Of a stretch of 64,000 nt of DNA, positions 48,754 to 62,051 are shown one piece after another. How positions within the stretch are numbered: the first letter of the stretch is position 1; the number at the start of each line of letters is the position of its first letter. Position numbers and translations under genes: made by a program. Location of the stretch: contig NC_043000.1 in NCBI RefSeq assembly GCF_006345805.1, positions 35,588,001 through 35,652,000 of the forward strand, read 5' to 3'. The stretch comes from Octopus sinensis. Its lineage: Eukaryota. The notes under the pieces were generated by a model that saw only the letters and a program-made list of their open reading frames with translations, did no database searches and was not told where the DNA came from.

Positions 48754-48780
48754 ATAACGAAAGTTGAAACGTTATCCTAG
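48754..48780 (+). CDS. BRK1: BRICK1/HSPC300 coding exon 3 (ITKVETLS*)
   Basis: ttttctttctgtttcag acceptor. ATAACGAAAGTTGAAACGTTATCCTAG = ITKVETLS-stop, equivalent to human VTKGETLT-stop. Total 76 aa. Confidence 0.93.
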   Translation: MTKVETLS

Positions 48781-49473
48781 CATTAACTTATTTTGTTATT
48801 TGTGTGTGTACATTGTTCTGGATGATTCTCAACAGTTGCTCTACTGTGAAGAAACCTGAAGAAAACCTCTGCTGGAAATGGTTGTTTTGGCAAGAGTCGT
48901 TGATGGAAGGAACAGTCCCAACATGCAAAACTCTCCCCCACCCCACCCGTTGTTTTCATGCTTTTGAATCGGCTTAGTGTTGAGACTTCACTCTGTTTTG
49001 AGTACTATGGTGACCTGTTACCATTGTATAGGTACTCTTCGTTTTCATAGGATAATTATTAATATTCAGGAGAAATAAACTGTTTTAAAAAAAGTTATGT
49101 CATTTTGTTATTGGTTTCTTCATATCTTTTATGAATAAATTTACTACATTATTGAAAAATGTTCAGATTTATTTTGTACATTCTTATTGGACTCAACATT
49201 TTATAGTTAATTTTCTTAACACATTGAGTGACAAGGGGATCTGCGTAAATCGGTCCCATGTGCCACACATGGTTTTTTTCAAATTCGTATAGTATTTCAG
49301 TTGTAGACAATCGCTGTATACAGTTAATTTTTCAATGAGAAAACATATATACACTAAATATATGCGTGGCACATTTGTAAAGTGCTATGTATACATATAT
49401 TGTATACATGGCACTCAATGTGTTAAACACATCCTCTTCCCTAGATACATCTTTTTCTCCTTACCAAAATAAA
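48781..49473 (+). promoter_or_regulatory. BRK1: BRK1 3' UTR region with candidate polyadenylation signals
   Basis: AATAAA at 49074-49079, 49134-49139 and 49468-49473 downstream of the stop. Which one is used cannot be determined from sequence. Confidence 0.55.
49220..49422. mobile_element. piggyBac-type MITE
   Basis: TTAA on both sides (49216-49219, 49423-49426). TIR cacattgagtg(a/c)ca. Subterminal IR gtgccacacat / atgcgtggcac. Confidence 0.75.
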
Positions 49474-50318
49474 TTTAAAAGGAAGCTTAAATTTCATATT
49501 GTAACTGTTAATATTTTTCAATCGAGGTTGATTTTTCCTTTCATCCTTTTGGCCTCGATAAAATGATTACCAGTTGAGCACTGGGGTCGATGTATTCAAC
49601 TTACCCCATCCACCAAACTTGCAGGCCTTGTGCCAAAATTTGAAATCAACATTTTTACATTTCAGCAAAAAAAAAAAGAAAGGAAAAAACGTGTAGGTGC
49701 AGGCATGACTGTGTGGTACGTAGCTTGCTTTCCAACCACATGGTTCCAGGTTCAGTCCCACTGTGTAGCATCTTGAGCAAGTGTCTTCTACTACAGACTT
49801 GGACAGACTAAAGCCTTGTGAGTGGATTTGGTAGATGGAAACTGAAATAAGCCCATAAGTCCTGGGGTCAATTTGTTCAACTTAAAACCATTCAAGGTGG
49901 TGCTCCAGCATGGCCACAGCTAATCACATGAAAGCTTTACAATTACATTCCCTCCACCTCACATTATGGTTGCTTCTTTCTCTCTCTTTTCTTTCTCCCT
50001 CTTTTTCTCCAATCACATGAAAGCATTACCTACAGGCTAAGTAACAGTAAGGACTAAGGGAAATAATTAAGTGGCTGAAAGAATTTATATATTGTTTATG
50101 AATTGCAAGTTTCCTGCTGACAGCCAAGTGCTGTGACAAAACACTTGACTTGTTTCACAGGAAAACTGGAGAATTCAATGAAATAGTAATTCTAAAATGT
50201 AATCCTAAAAGCTCAAAAACTAGAATGGCTTTTATGTCATAAAGAAGAAGAGCTGTCTAACTCTGGGCTGAATATTCTCTTGGAGAAGCATGGAATGTTT
50301 ATCCTTGTTGCTAATTAA

Positions 50319-50540
50319 CCCTTTCATTATCATATTTCTTTTGAGATGCTCTGTGATTCTTTCAATTAACTTTAAATATAACAAAGAATTTAGTAAAATA
50401 ACTTAATTATCATTAAGCTAGTGTTAGGAACATAAATTATAACTAAGGTTTCATGGAATATTTTAATTCAAAACTTTTGAAAACAGGACATTTCTAATAC
50501 AGAGTCAAAGGTAGTTTCAGCCAGGTTGGTAACAAAAGGG
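50319..50540 (+). mobile_element. piggyBac-type MITE, family 2, copy 1
   Basis: TTAA-ccctttc ... aaaggg-TTAA. ~220 bp, homologous to the next copies. Confidence 0.85.
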
Positions 50541-50959
50541 TTAAATAGTTTAGTTCTCTGCTCAGACAAAAAGTTAGATGTCGTATCAAGTACTGGACAG
50601 ATTGATTAAACTTCTGTCAATGTTGATCTAATGCAGTGGTTCTTAACCAATTTTTACCTATGGACCTCTTTTCATTGCTATTTTACTTGGATGGACCATC
50701 ATAGACATTCGATGTTTAAAAAAAATCCTTTAATATTTTTATAATTAGACATTATTAGGAATTGTATTAAAAAACAGTTAAAATATGTGGTGTATTGTAG
50801 ACGTAGGACTAATTTATTGCATAAATTTCAACAGCAAAATTTTAGGTGGATTCTTCCCCAACTCAAAAGGTTATATGGACCACTGGAACATTATGGACTT
50901 GTGTGATTTTAAGGCTGCAAAATCAGTGGGAATGATCTCAATGGAATTAATACCTATTT

Positions 50960-51182
50960 CTTTACTACCCACAAGGGGCTAAACACAGAGGGGACAAACA
51001 AGGACAGACAAACGGATTAAGTCGATTATATCGACCCCAGTGCGTAACTGGTACTTATTTAATCGACCCCGAAAGGATGAAAGGCAAAGTTGACCTTGGC
51101 GGAATTTGAACTCAGAACGTAGTGGCAGACAAAATACCGCTAAGCATTTCGCCCGGCGTGCTAACATTTCTGCCAGCTCGCC
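50960..51182 (-). mobile_element. SINE family A, full length, CpG-intact (young); another at 51692-51915 (+)
   Basis: Reverse complement of ggcgagctggcagaa...gagttcaaattccgccaaggtc...gccccttgtgggtagtaaagaaata. Confidence 0.9.
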
Positions 51183-51204
51183 TCCTTCCTATTAATACCA
51201 TTAA

Positions 51205-51649
51205 CCCTTTCATTACCATATTTCTGTTGAGATGCTCTATGTTTCTTTCAATTAATTTTAAATATAACAAAGAATTTAGTAAAATAGCTTAGTTATCATT
51301 AAGCTAGTGTTAGGAACGTAAATTGCAGCTAAAGTTTAATGGAAGATTTTAATTGAAAACTTATGAAAACAAAACATTTGTACTACAGAACCAGAGGCAG
51401 TTTCAGCTGGGTTGGTATCGAAAGGGTTAATACCTTAACCATTTTGCTACCATAGTTCTGTTGAGATGCTCTGTGTTTCTTTCGATTACTTTAAATATAA
51501 CAAAGAATTTAGTAAAATAACTTAGTTATCATTAAGCTAGGGTTAGGAACATAAATTATGGCTAAGGTTTGAGGGAAGATTTTAATTCAGATCTTTTGAA
51601 AACAAGACATTTGTAATGCAGAACCAGAGGTGTGTTGATATCAAAAGGG
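51205..51649 (+). mobile_element. piggyBac-type MITE family 2, tandem copies 2 (51205-51426) and 3 (51439-51649); fourth copy inverted at ~58815-59022
   Basis: Each copy is bounded by TTAA and CCCTTT/AAAGGG TIRs. Shared body gttgagatgctct...aacaaagaatttagtaaaata...taagctag. Confidence 0.85.
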
Positions 51650-52876
51650 TTAAATGTAAATGTGACAAGGATTATAGAATTGGTCATTATAAAAGGTGGC
51701 GAGCTGGCAGAAACGTTAGCATGCTGGGTGGAATGCCGAGCAGTATTTCGTTTGTCGCTAAGTTTTGAGTTCAAATTCCGCCGAGGTCGACTTTGCCTTT
51801 CATCCTTACAGGGTCAATTAAATAAGTACCAGTTACGCACTGGAGTCAATATAATTGACTTAATCCATTTGTTTGTCCCCTCTGTGTTTAGCCCCTTGTG
51901 GGTAATAAAGAAATAAGAATTGGTGTGTGTGCAGTGGTAGGTCTTTGGTAAGTAATGCTTTATCAAAAGTAAATAAAGAGATACTCAGTGACTGTTTACA
52001 TAATTGTGTGCATGTGTGTGTGTAGTTTTTTTTTTTCTTTTTACTTTTTCACTGTTTTACTGAAGAGGAAAGGCTGTGCCTATAACCCAGAACTTCAGAG
52101 ACAGATTGGGATCATCAAGCTGGAGACCTGACCCAGATACTTGCAACAGAACGGCCCACACTAAAGCCACCTGCCTAAGGTAGCAGGTTGTGGTGTTAAA
52201 CCCAGTGTGCCACTCAGGTAAGTCATACCAGGATTTGAACTCAGAACACAAAGAACTAGAACCGTAGAAGGACAATCTTGTTGAGACTTAAAAGTGTGTT
52301 TGTTAAGTTTAAGCTTTAATCATCTGTGATTGAATAGACTCATGACTTATGACACTGAGGTTCCCAATTGATTGAAGAAGTTGATTAATATAACATCTAC
52401 ACTGACCACACAGCCATTGCTATAGCAACTATTACATTCAGGCAGGTGATAACAGTGTCTCCATGTAACTAATCTTTTTTTTTTATTGTCATGGTCTTCC
52501 CCCCACCCCCACAATCTTGTGGAACATCCTCCACCCCACCCCCTTTATACTACTTATATTTCTCCCACTGTGTATCCCTGTCGGTGACACGTAAAAGCAC
52601 CAACCGATCGTGGCCCTTTGCCAGCCTGCTCTGGCTCCTGTGCCGGTGGCACGTAAAAAACACCCACTACACTCACGAAGTGGTTGGTGTTAGGAAGGGC
52701 ATCCAGCTATAGAAACACTGCCAAATCAGACTAGAGCCTGGTGCAGTCTCCATGGCTTACCAGACCCCGGTCGAACCGTCCAACCCATGCTAGCATGGAA
52801 AACGGACGTTAAATGATGATGATGATGATGTTTCCTGTAGATAAACACCAATACATTTCCAGTATTATCTATTTCA

Positions 52877-52908
<32 letters not shown>

Positions 52909-53499
52909 GGCTGTCTCTCTAACTCTCTCCCCTTCCTCTTCGTCCTTGTTCCACAGGGGTAGCCAATTACCCCCTTTATTTTTGTCTATTATACACTGGC
53001 TCACAGCCACTCCTCCCCTCAGTTCCACTCCCCCTCCTGTTGAACCATCCTACCCATGCCAGCATGAGAAATGGACATTAAATGATGATGATGGTTGGAA
53101 CCAGTGCACACCAATGCTTTTGCTGTTGGAAATCTGTAAAATTTGGGAGGGTTTTTTTTTATCCACCCCCACCCCCACACACCCTGAAGAACTTAAAATA
53201 TGCAGTCCCCATTTTAAAGTTTTAAAGATAGTAAGGTGTTTAACGAAGGGATATTTGGCTGCTACCTTGAATGAAACAAAGAACTACATCGTAACCACTT
53301 AACAACAGAAAATATGTCGCTCTTTATGATGTATTTAGTCTGCTGGTGGAATTTTGCTTTACCAAAGACCATTTCTTTATATGGAACCGGTGAACTAAGT
53401 CTACCACAGTGCTTCTTCCAATTGATTCTATTCTATTACTGGCCTCAGCCAGGGATTGTGGCCATGCTGTAGCACCACCATCAGCACTAATGCTTGTTT

Positions 53500-53765
53500 A
53501 TTTTAAACTCGTTTGCCCTGTCCTGTCTTTGGACTTTGGAAACAATTTATGGAAAATAATGAATTGGACTTAGCTGCCCTTCTTTGCATTTCTTGTAGTG
53601 ATGTGGGTTCCTCTGCTATATCAGATAAGAAGTTGTCTTCATATTCTTTGAACACATCCATAACTTATTCCTTGTAGATCCCCGGGGCCTTTAGCTGTGT
53701 ATTGAGAAGCTGTGGGCCTTTGAGCTATAAGCTGTTACAGTATTTAATTTGGTTGTAAGGAATAT
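53500..53765 (-). mobile_element. CR1/L2-group LINE C-terminal fragment
   Basis: Minus strand: KYCNSL..KGPQLLNT...MDVFKEYEDNFLSDIAEEPTSLQEMQRRAAKSNSL, resembling the GPxLFNxLP...FKxxLDxFLxxxPDEP terminus. Confidence 0.55.
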
Positions 53766-56700
53766 GTTTTATAGATTTCAAATTGCTAAAGGTGGTGGAA
53801 ACTGCTTGCTGTTATTGTAACTTTGGATGAGTTAAAGAAATTGTGTGATAGAAAGAAATTGGTTCCATTCAAACTCCAAAGAACTGTCTCTTTAATTTGA
53901 TCTGTTATTTGTACAAATTGAAGAATTACTATTTTGAAATAGCTGGCAGAGGTATCAAAGACTTGTTTGTTGTGCTTTCGTGCTGGTTCCTCAAAAAGCA
54001 CCCAGTACACTCTATAATGTGGTTTGAATTTGAAAGGGCATCAAACCCTAGAAACTGTCTGCCAAAGTAGACATTGGAGCTCAATGCAATTCTCTGATTC
54101 ATCAGACTATTCAACCGGTTCCAGTATGGCAAATGGACATTAAATGATGATGATGATGATGATATTACTGTTGGTGGAGATGACAGATGGGTAGATTTAT
54201 TAGTCAACAAGGAATACACAGCATGCTTGTATGACGTGCTAGAAATAGCTACCAAATCTCTTTCAAATGACCTACAATTATCCTAAAAAATGGAAGGATA
54301 CATTGAACAATGTGACATTCCAACCATGACCATTTCCTTTTGGATTCACTCAGCTGTAAAAGAGTACTAACTAGGTGCTGGTGCAGCTTCCTCTCCCCCC
54401 ACCCCCACTGGATGTGTTGCTGGGTCAAAGATAAGACGGTTGATGAGAGTTCTTCATAACATAGGAACCTAAAACAATTAGTGAAAATATGGAATATATT
54501 AGCAAGCCATACTTGCTCATGACTGATGGCTCTTTATACTTTAATTACTCCAAAAATTAAACACAATTGCAGCATTATTTACTGAAATTTGTGTCTTCTT
54601 CTATAACCCTGGGCTGACTGAAAGCTTGTGAGAGCATTTTGTTGACTGAAACTGAAAGAAGCCTGTTGTATATATCTATGTGTGTGTGTTTGTGCTTGTC
54701 CCCTACTACTGACAAACAACTGATGTTGGTGTGTCTACATCCCCATGACTTAGTGGTTGAACAAAATACATCGATAGAATAAATAATGGGCTTAAACAAA
54801 AAGTTAGTACTGGGGTCAGTTCATTTGACAAAAAGTTCTTCAAGACAGTGCTCCATCATGGCCACAGTCTAATAACTGAAACAAGTAAAAGTTGAAAGAT
54901 ATAATACTGGTCAGCACCCAGACTTCTAATTATATTTGTGTAGAATTGGCCAGAATTTGTAATTGGCTTTATGTATATAGAATTGGCCAAAGAATAGAAG
55001 AATCAAGTGACCAAATATGTCTTTAATATTTTCCAAGCTTCAGTGAGTTTTGGCATGATAAACCCAAAGACAATATTAAACATTTGGCAAGAATATCTTT
55101 GAAAATATTGAGAATTTTGTGAAACATATTTCTCCTCCTCAATTCAATTCTAACCAAAAGTTTATACAAACACATAGGTTTGGGCATGGCTGTGTGGTAA
55201 GAAGCTTGCTTCCCGACCACATGGTTTTGGGTTCAGTCCCCAGGCAAGTGTCTTCTACTATAAACCCTGGCCTTGTGAATGGATTAGGTGGATGAAAACT
55301 GACAGAAGCCTGTCATGTGTGTGTGTGTGTTGTTATTTCCTTCCCTTGACATTACCTGATGGTTAGAGGTGATCTGCTTTACTTTCATTGTTTCTTTATG
55401 TACCTGTTGTGCAGGTGGGTAACTCGAGCAATAAAATCTTCAGTAGTTTCTCCCCAGGGCAGGGCACAACACTAATAAGAACCCATCACCAATGGGTTAT
55501 AATCAACCTCATATAACCCTAACCCTCATCATGCAACTGTCGTCCTTAGTTTCCAGTCTTCCATGAAAACATGTTTGGTCTTGGGGTAAATATTAATTTA
55601 TTTCGAAACAGGTGAAGGTTGGTATCAGAAATGGAATTTGGCCAAAGAAAATCTGCCTCAACAAAATCTCTCCAGCGCATACGAGTATGAAAAGGCAGGC
55701 ATTGAACCATGAATTTAATGATGGTGATGTTATTATTACTACTTAAACATTTGAATCAAGAGGGGGTTGGTTTTGGCATCTTCATGGGTTCCTTAGACTG
55801 GAGAGATCGGAGAGGTTGATGGTAGTTTTTAATAATTGCAAAGGAAACAGGGGTGAGGCACTGACATTTCAGAGAAGAAGGACTGGTGGAATGGTGAGTG
55901 CAGAGCCTGAGAAAAGATAAGTATGATGGACAGAGCTGGTATGCAACCATCTACCTCCAGAGAGCATTGGCCATTGCAGTCCAGAGGCTGATGTGTATTG
56001 GCCTTTCACGCTGACCATGCAATGTCATTCTAAAAATAAATAATCACATCACGGAAATCTTGAAGCTATGAAATAAGGCATGATTAATTCAAATCAAGTT
56101 AAATAAATAAGCTTTATGTTTAACAAAGTTGAAGATTAATGAGTGATAAGATACATGTTGTTGTTGTTGTTGTTTAGTTCCAGATTAGTCCATAGTCAAC
56201 GCATTCTAGTCATGGCCATCCCATTTATCATTCTGATATAAAATAATCATGACTTCCTTTTACACTCTACCTTTATTGTTTAAGATGGCAGGTATGTTTT
56301 GAGGGAGATTTAGCTGCTATTACTAACATTTCAAGTGACCATGTCTCCCTCAATGGTTCATCATGATGAAGATTATCACCACAGAATGTCGTAATAACTG
56401 AATATTGAAATAAATGATGTCAAGAAAAATTTTGTTCTTTTCTTTTATTCAGAATTTTAAAAAAAATAATCAAAACACCAGAAAGTAAATAAAAGAGATG
56501 ATATCACACATTAATTATTGATATCTAAATAGCCTCGTTAACTAATAATAAAACGCTTGATGAGAGTTTCTATAACTGAATATGTATAATGGTGTGGCTG
56601 TGTAGTAAGAAGTTTGCTTCTCAGCAACATGGTTCCGGGTTCAGTCCCACTATGTGGCACCTTGTGTAAGTGTCTTTTACAAAAGCCTTGTGAGTGGGTT

Positions 56701-59700
56701 TGGTAGATAGAAACTAAAAGAAGCCTGTCATATGTATATATATACATATATATATATCATCATTTAACATCTGTCTTCCATGCTAGCATGGGTTGGACGA
56801 TTTGACTGAGGTCTGGGGAGCCAGTGGCTACACCAGGCTCCAATCTGATCTGGCAATGTTTCTACAGCTGGATGCCCTTCCTAACGTCAACCACTCCGAG
56901 AGTGTAGTGGGTGCTTTTTACGTGCTGCATATGTGTGTGTGTGTGTGTGTAGCAGGGATGCCTTTGTGTCTGTGTTTGTCCCCTACTACTCCCTGACAAC
57001 TGGTGTTGGTGTGTTTATATCCCTGTAACTTAACAGTTTGACAAAAGAGAGTGACAGAATAAGTACTAGGCTTAACAATAAAAGAATAAGTGCTGGGGTT
57101 GATTCATTTAAATAAAAATTCTTCAAAGCAGTGCCCTAGCATGGCCGCAGTCTAATGACTTAAACAAGTAAAATATAAAAGACAAAGAGACCAGAAAATA
57201 AATAACAGATGATATCATGGAATAATTAATAATATCGTTGGCTAATTATAAAAGACTTGATTAGAGTTTTTATAATTAAATATATAATGTTGATGATGGC
57301 CTTAATAACTAATGATGGTCCCTTGGTGAAGTAACCTTGATAACTGTTTATATCAGGTTGATTATGACCCCTTGGTGATGGGTTTTGTGCCCTGCCCTGG
57401 GGAGAAACTATTCATGGTTTTATAGCTGGAGTTACCCACCTGCAGAACAGGTACAGAGAGAAACAATGAAAGAAAAGCAGATCAATAGGAAGGAAGGTAG
57501 TCAGGTAAGTTGGAAGGAAGAAAGAGAGAAATAGTGTGAGAAAGAGAGAGAGAGAGAAGGGGGGAGGGAATTGACATAGAGTGACACAGACAGAGGGAGA
57601 GAGAGAGAGATCAATACTGTTGAGAAGAAAGATTGAGGTGACTGGAAAGAGCTGAATACTTTGTAGTGACATAGTTTCATTGACATTGATTCAGGACAGA
57701 TGGATAAAATGGAGTAGTTCTATGCATAATTTAGAACAATCACTTAGGCTGACAATAACTCAGGGGAAAATACAACAAACTGTTGTTCGAATACAGGGTG
57801 TGGCAAAAACAAAAACCTCCCCACGTTTTACAGGTTGACAAACTTTTCCGTAACAAATGCAGAGGGTGTACCAAGGCAAGCCATTATGGCAACTAAAAAA
57901 AGAGAAATGATAAAATATTAGCAGTATAGGTGCAGGTGTGAAACCGATCGAATAAGTAAGAGGTTAACAAAGAATTGGGATCAATTCATTCAACTAAAAT
58001 GCTTTAAGGCAGTGCCCCAGCATGACCACAGTCTAATAACTGAAACAAGTAAAATATAAAAGATATGAAAACACCATTGCCTTTTAATAGGGGTGCCCCA
58101 GCATGGCCACAGCTTTGAGCTGAAACCGATAAAAGTAAAAGTAAATAAAAGTACCTGTTTAACTTCGTTAGTGTCATATCAATGGTCAAGTAAAACTTGA
58201 CCAATTGTTCTGCCAAGTCTTGTATAAATATAATTGGCATTTTGATAATTAAAATAATATTGATATGAAATATTTATTTGAATAAAAAGTAAAAAGTACA
58301 ATTAATCTTTTTTTTTATCTTTTAAGTTATTTTGATCATTAGATTACGGTCAAGGTGAGGCAAACGAATTGACCCCAGTTCTTATTCTATCGGTCACTTT
58401 TGCCAAACCACTAAATTATGGGGACATAAAGATACCAACACGAGTTGTCAAGCAGTAGAGGGGACAAAGACAAACACATACATCGGCACAATATATATAT
58501 GACAGGCTTCTTTCAGTTTCTGTCTACCAAATCCACTTACTTGTGTTTGGTCATTGAGTGAGGTTGTAGGAGAATCCACTTGCGCAAGGTGCCACCTGGA
58601 ACCATGTGGTTTGCAAGGAAACTTCTTGCTACACAGCCATACCTATATATCAAGGTAATTTGGATAACGATAATCAATAAAAAGTACAATTGGACTGATG
58701 ATAAATTTGGAAAAACAAAAATAGAAATTTCAAAACCATTGCAGATTACTTTAAAATAAAACTCCAAAGAAATGAGACATTGATTTTTAAAATATACTCA
58801 ATTAATTTACTGTTTACACTTTCGTTACCTATCCAGCTCTGGCTCTGAGTACAAATGTCTTGTTTTCATAAGTTTTTAATTAAAATCTTCCACCTTAGTC
58901 ACAATTTATGTTCCTAACACTAGCTGAATGATAACTAAGTTATTTTACTAAATTCTTCGTTATATTTAAAATTAATTGAAAGAAATACAGAGCATCTCAA
59001 AATAAATGCAGTAACGAAAGGGTTATATGACTAATTATCAATTTATATGTTGTATTTACTAATTTCCTGGGTATTTATTTGTTGAGTGATGTCGTTATTG
59101 TATGCGATTGACTGAACCCATAGTGTCAGATGATAATCATTATCAGAGCAAAGCATAAAGACAAAACAGAAAACACAGAAACAAACAAGTAAAAAATGGT
59201 TCCACAAAGTTGATCAGAACTGAATGAAGCCAATAAGTAATTAGTACGTCTTTAATATGACAGGTAAGTAAATGGTTGTCATGCAATGATGTCACCAAGT
59301 TGTCATAATTTAATATCAGAGAAGCAGGGATTCTGGGAAGGTTTTTTGTGAATCCATAATCATTTGAAGCTACCTAAGTGAATGTATTGATTGAGACAGG
59401 ATTTTCTTGGTTAATACTTCATTTCTGGACTGTGGCTGGAAAAAATATTGTGCTATTTGTCGCACATGTTTGTTTGCATTTGTCCATAGTTGTATTGGAG
59501 AAGTATATTGGTCTCCCTCACTGCCAATATATTACTATGAAGATGATATAAGTACATGGAACTTAAACTGCTAATAATCAATTTGCATGATTGAACATCA
59601 CAATTCAAGACTAATGTGTTTTGTTGAATGCAATAAAAACCTGTTAAATAAGAATAACTGAATAAGAGCAAGAAATCAACTCACTAAACAAAGTGGCATT

Positions 59701-61154
59701 GCTCTACATAAACAACTAAGTGTCTCTAATCTGAGGTTGAATTCACCAGCTTTTTATAACTGTAAGCCAAACTATCCAGAAACTTCAATCTAGCTATTTG
59801 GTGAGAAAACTCACGTACTTCATTTCAAGTTTTCCACACCAACCATAATAAGTTAGTTAGTATTAATTGGTTGAGCCACATTTGCATAGGTGTCACCTTT
59901 TATGGTGATGCATTGCCTTTTATGGCATTATGATACTGTAGGTAATGGTCCTGAGCAGGGAAAATTTAAGAGTGATGTTTCAAACCTCAGCAAAATCCTT
60001 GCTACAACTAGTACTTTACATTGAACCTCTATGCATTCACTGAGCCTGTTAGAAATAACAGCTGAATCTCCTTCAAACCACACTATGCTGCCTTACAAAC
60101 GAATGAAACTTTAGAACGTGTAGTTCTAGATAAACAAAATAAGAACCATCATGATTGAAATGCTTTTGATCATATCTCTGCCTAATCAGGACTAACCAAT
60201 GGCTAAACCGCAGTAACAATAACAACAACAACAGCCCCAACTGAAAGGCAAAGTTGATCATTGTTGGAGTTGAACTTGGAATAAAGCTGAAAGCTGTAAT
60301 GAATCTAGGGTGGTGCTCCACTATCTTGTCCATCATTACCAGCTTTAAATCTCAAATGACCTGGATCTAATGACAGAGGATATGTCAGACCCGACTTTCC
60401 CTTCAGTTGTAATCACTGTACAAGAAAACTGGGTGATTAGTAGTAAAATGACAGTTATACTAATTAATTAAAGTGTTTGTTAATTGAAACAATATAAACT
60501 AAAATGAATTTTTCTGATATGGTAATATTTAAATAAAATGTGAGAAAGAACTAAATTTCCTAAGGTCCACTTCCTCCTCCTCCTCACCACCACCACCACC
60601 ACCATCGTAGTTGTCATTGTCATTCTTATTATCATTGTCACCACCACCACCACCACCACCAACCCCTTACTACTACTGCCGCCATCTTCATCATCAGCAT
60701 CATCATCATCCTCACTGGCCCCCTCAATGTGGTCACTGAGCCTGCTAATAATAGTAGACAAATTTCCTTCAAATTATACTCCATCATCCTAAGAACAGAC
60801 TTTGTCCAATGTAGTTCAGGGTCCTTTCCACACAGGAATAAGATGGGATGGTCACAACTGGAATGCAATGGATCATAGGTCTGCTTAATTAGAACAGAGT
60901 CAGGAGTGAACAACCACAAAAATAACAATAATAATATTTTCTTATTTTGGTACAAGGCCAGCAATTTTGAAGGGTGGGAAAGTTGATTACATTGACCCCA
61001 GTGTTAAATGGGTGGGTCATTTTATCCACCCTGAAAGGAGGAAAAGTAAAGCTGACTTCAGTGGAATTTGAACTCAGAATGTATAGACAGATGAAATGCC
61101 ACTAAGCAGTTTATCCAGCATCCTAAGGATTCTGCTTGCTCACTGCCTTTAGAA

Positions 61155-62040
61155 ACATCATCATCATCATCCTTTAACGTCCATTTTCCATGCTGGTATG
61201 GGTTGGACAGTTCGACTGGGGTCTGGGAAGCCAGGAGGCTGCACCAAGCCCCAATCTGATCTGGCAGTGTTTCTACAGCTGGATGCCCTTCCTAACGCCA
61301 ACCACTCCGTGAGTGTAGTGGGTGCTTTTTACATGCCACCAGCACAGGGGCCAGAGGGGCTGGCAATGACTACAATCGGATGGTGCTTTTTATGTGCCAC
61401 TGGCACGCAAGCCAGTCAAGGCGGCACTGGCATCAGCCACATTCGGATGGTGCTTTTTACATGCCACTGGCACGGGGGTCACCACTACAATTTCCATTTG
61501 ATTGTAATTTGATTTGATTTTGATGTTGATGTTGATGTACTTGACTCAATAAGGTCTCCTCAAGCATGGCATGTTGCCCTACGATCCAAGGTACTTTTGA
61601 GTGGGTTGGTTATGTGACACTGGTGTAGGTTACAGCTGTGAACTCACTTTATTTTCCAGGTCTTCTCAGTCACAGCATACCTCCAGAGGTCTCAGTCTTT
61701 TGTCATTGCCTCTGTGAGGCCCAATGTTCATAGGTCATGTTTAACCACCTCATACCATGTCTTCTTGGGTCTCCCTCTACTCTGGATTCCTTCCATTGTT
61801 TGGGAGTGCCACTTCTTCACACAGCTCTCCTCGTCCATCCCTAGTACATGACATTACCAACGCAAACGTTTCTCTTGCATGCCACATCCAGTGCTTCTTA
61901 TGTCCAACATTTCTCTCAGGGTGCTTACATTCTGTTGTGTGTGCATACTGACATTACACATCCAACGGATCATGATTTCTTTTGGGCCTACACATGTCTA
62001 CAGCAGTCACGGCTCATGTTTCACTGCTGTGAAGCATGGC
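61155..62040 (-). mobile_element. RTE LINE 3' end (ORF remnant plus 3' UTR)
   Basis: 3' UTR and (CAT)n at 61155-61560. Coding remnant equivalent to ...GTCRRGRPKKTW... at ~61700-62040. Confidence 0.8.
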
Positions 62041-62051
62041 AGTTCGCATGA

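Noticed and set aside
55920-56000. YLQRALAIAVQR motif similar to the C-terminus of RLE-type LINEs
   Set aside because: Too short and degenerate to call without a database search.
59453-59671. Minus-strand 72-aa ORF with an acceptor-like tract
   Set aside because: No convincing donor, no recognisable protein, and composition like surrounding non-coding DNA.
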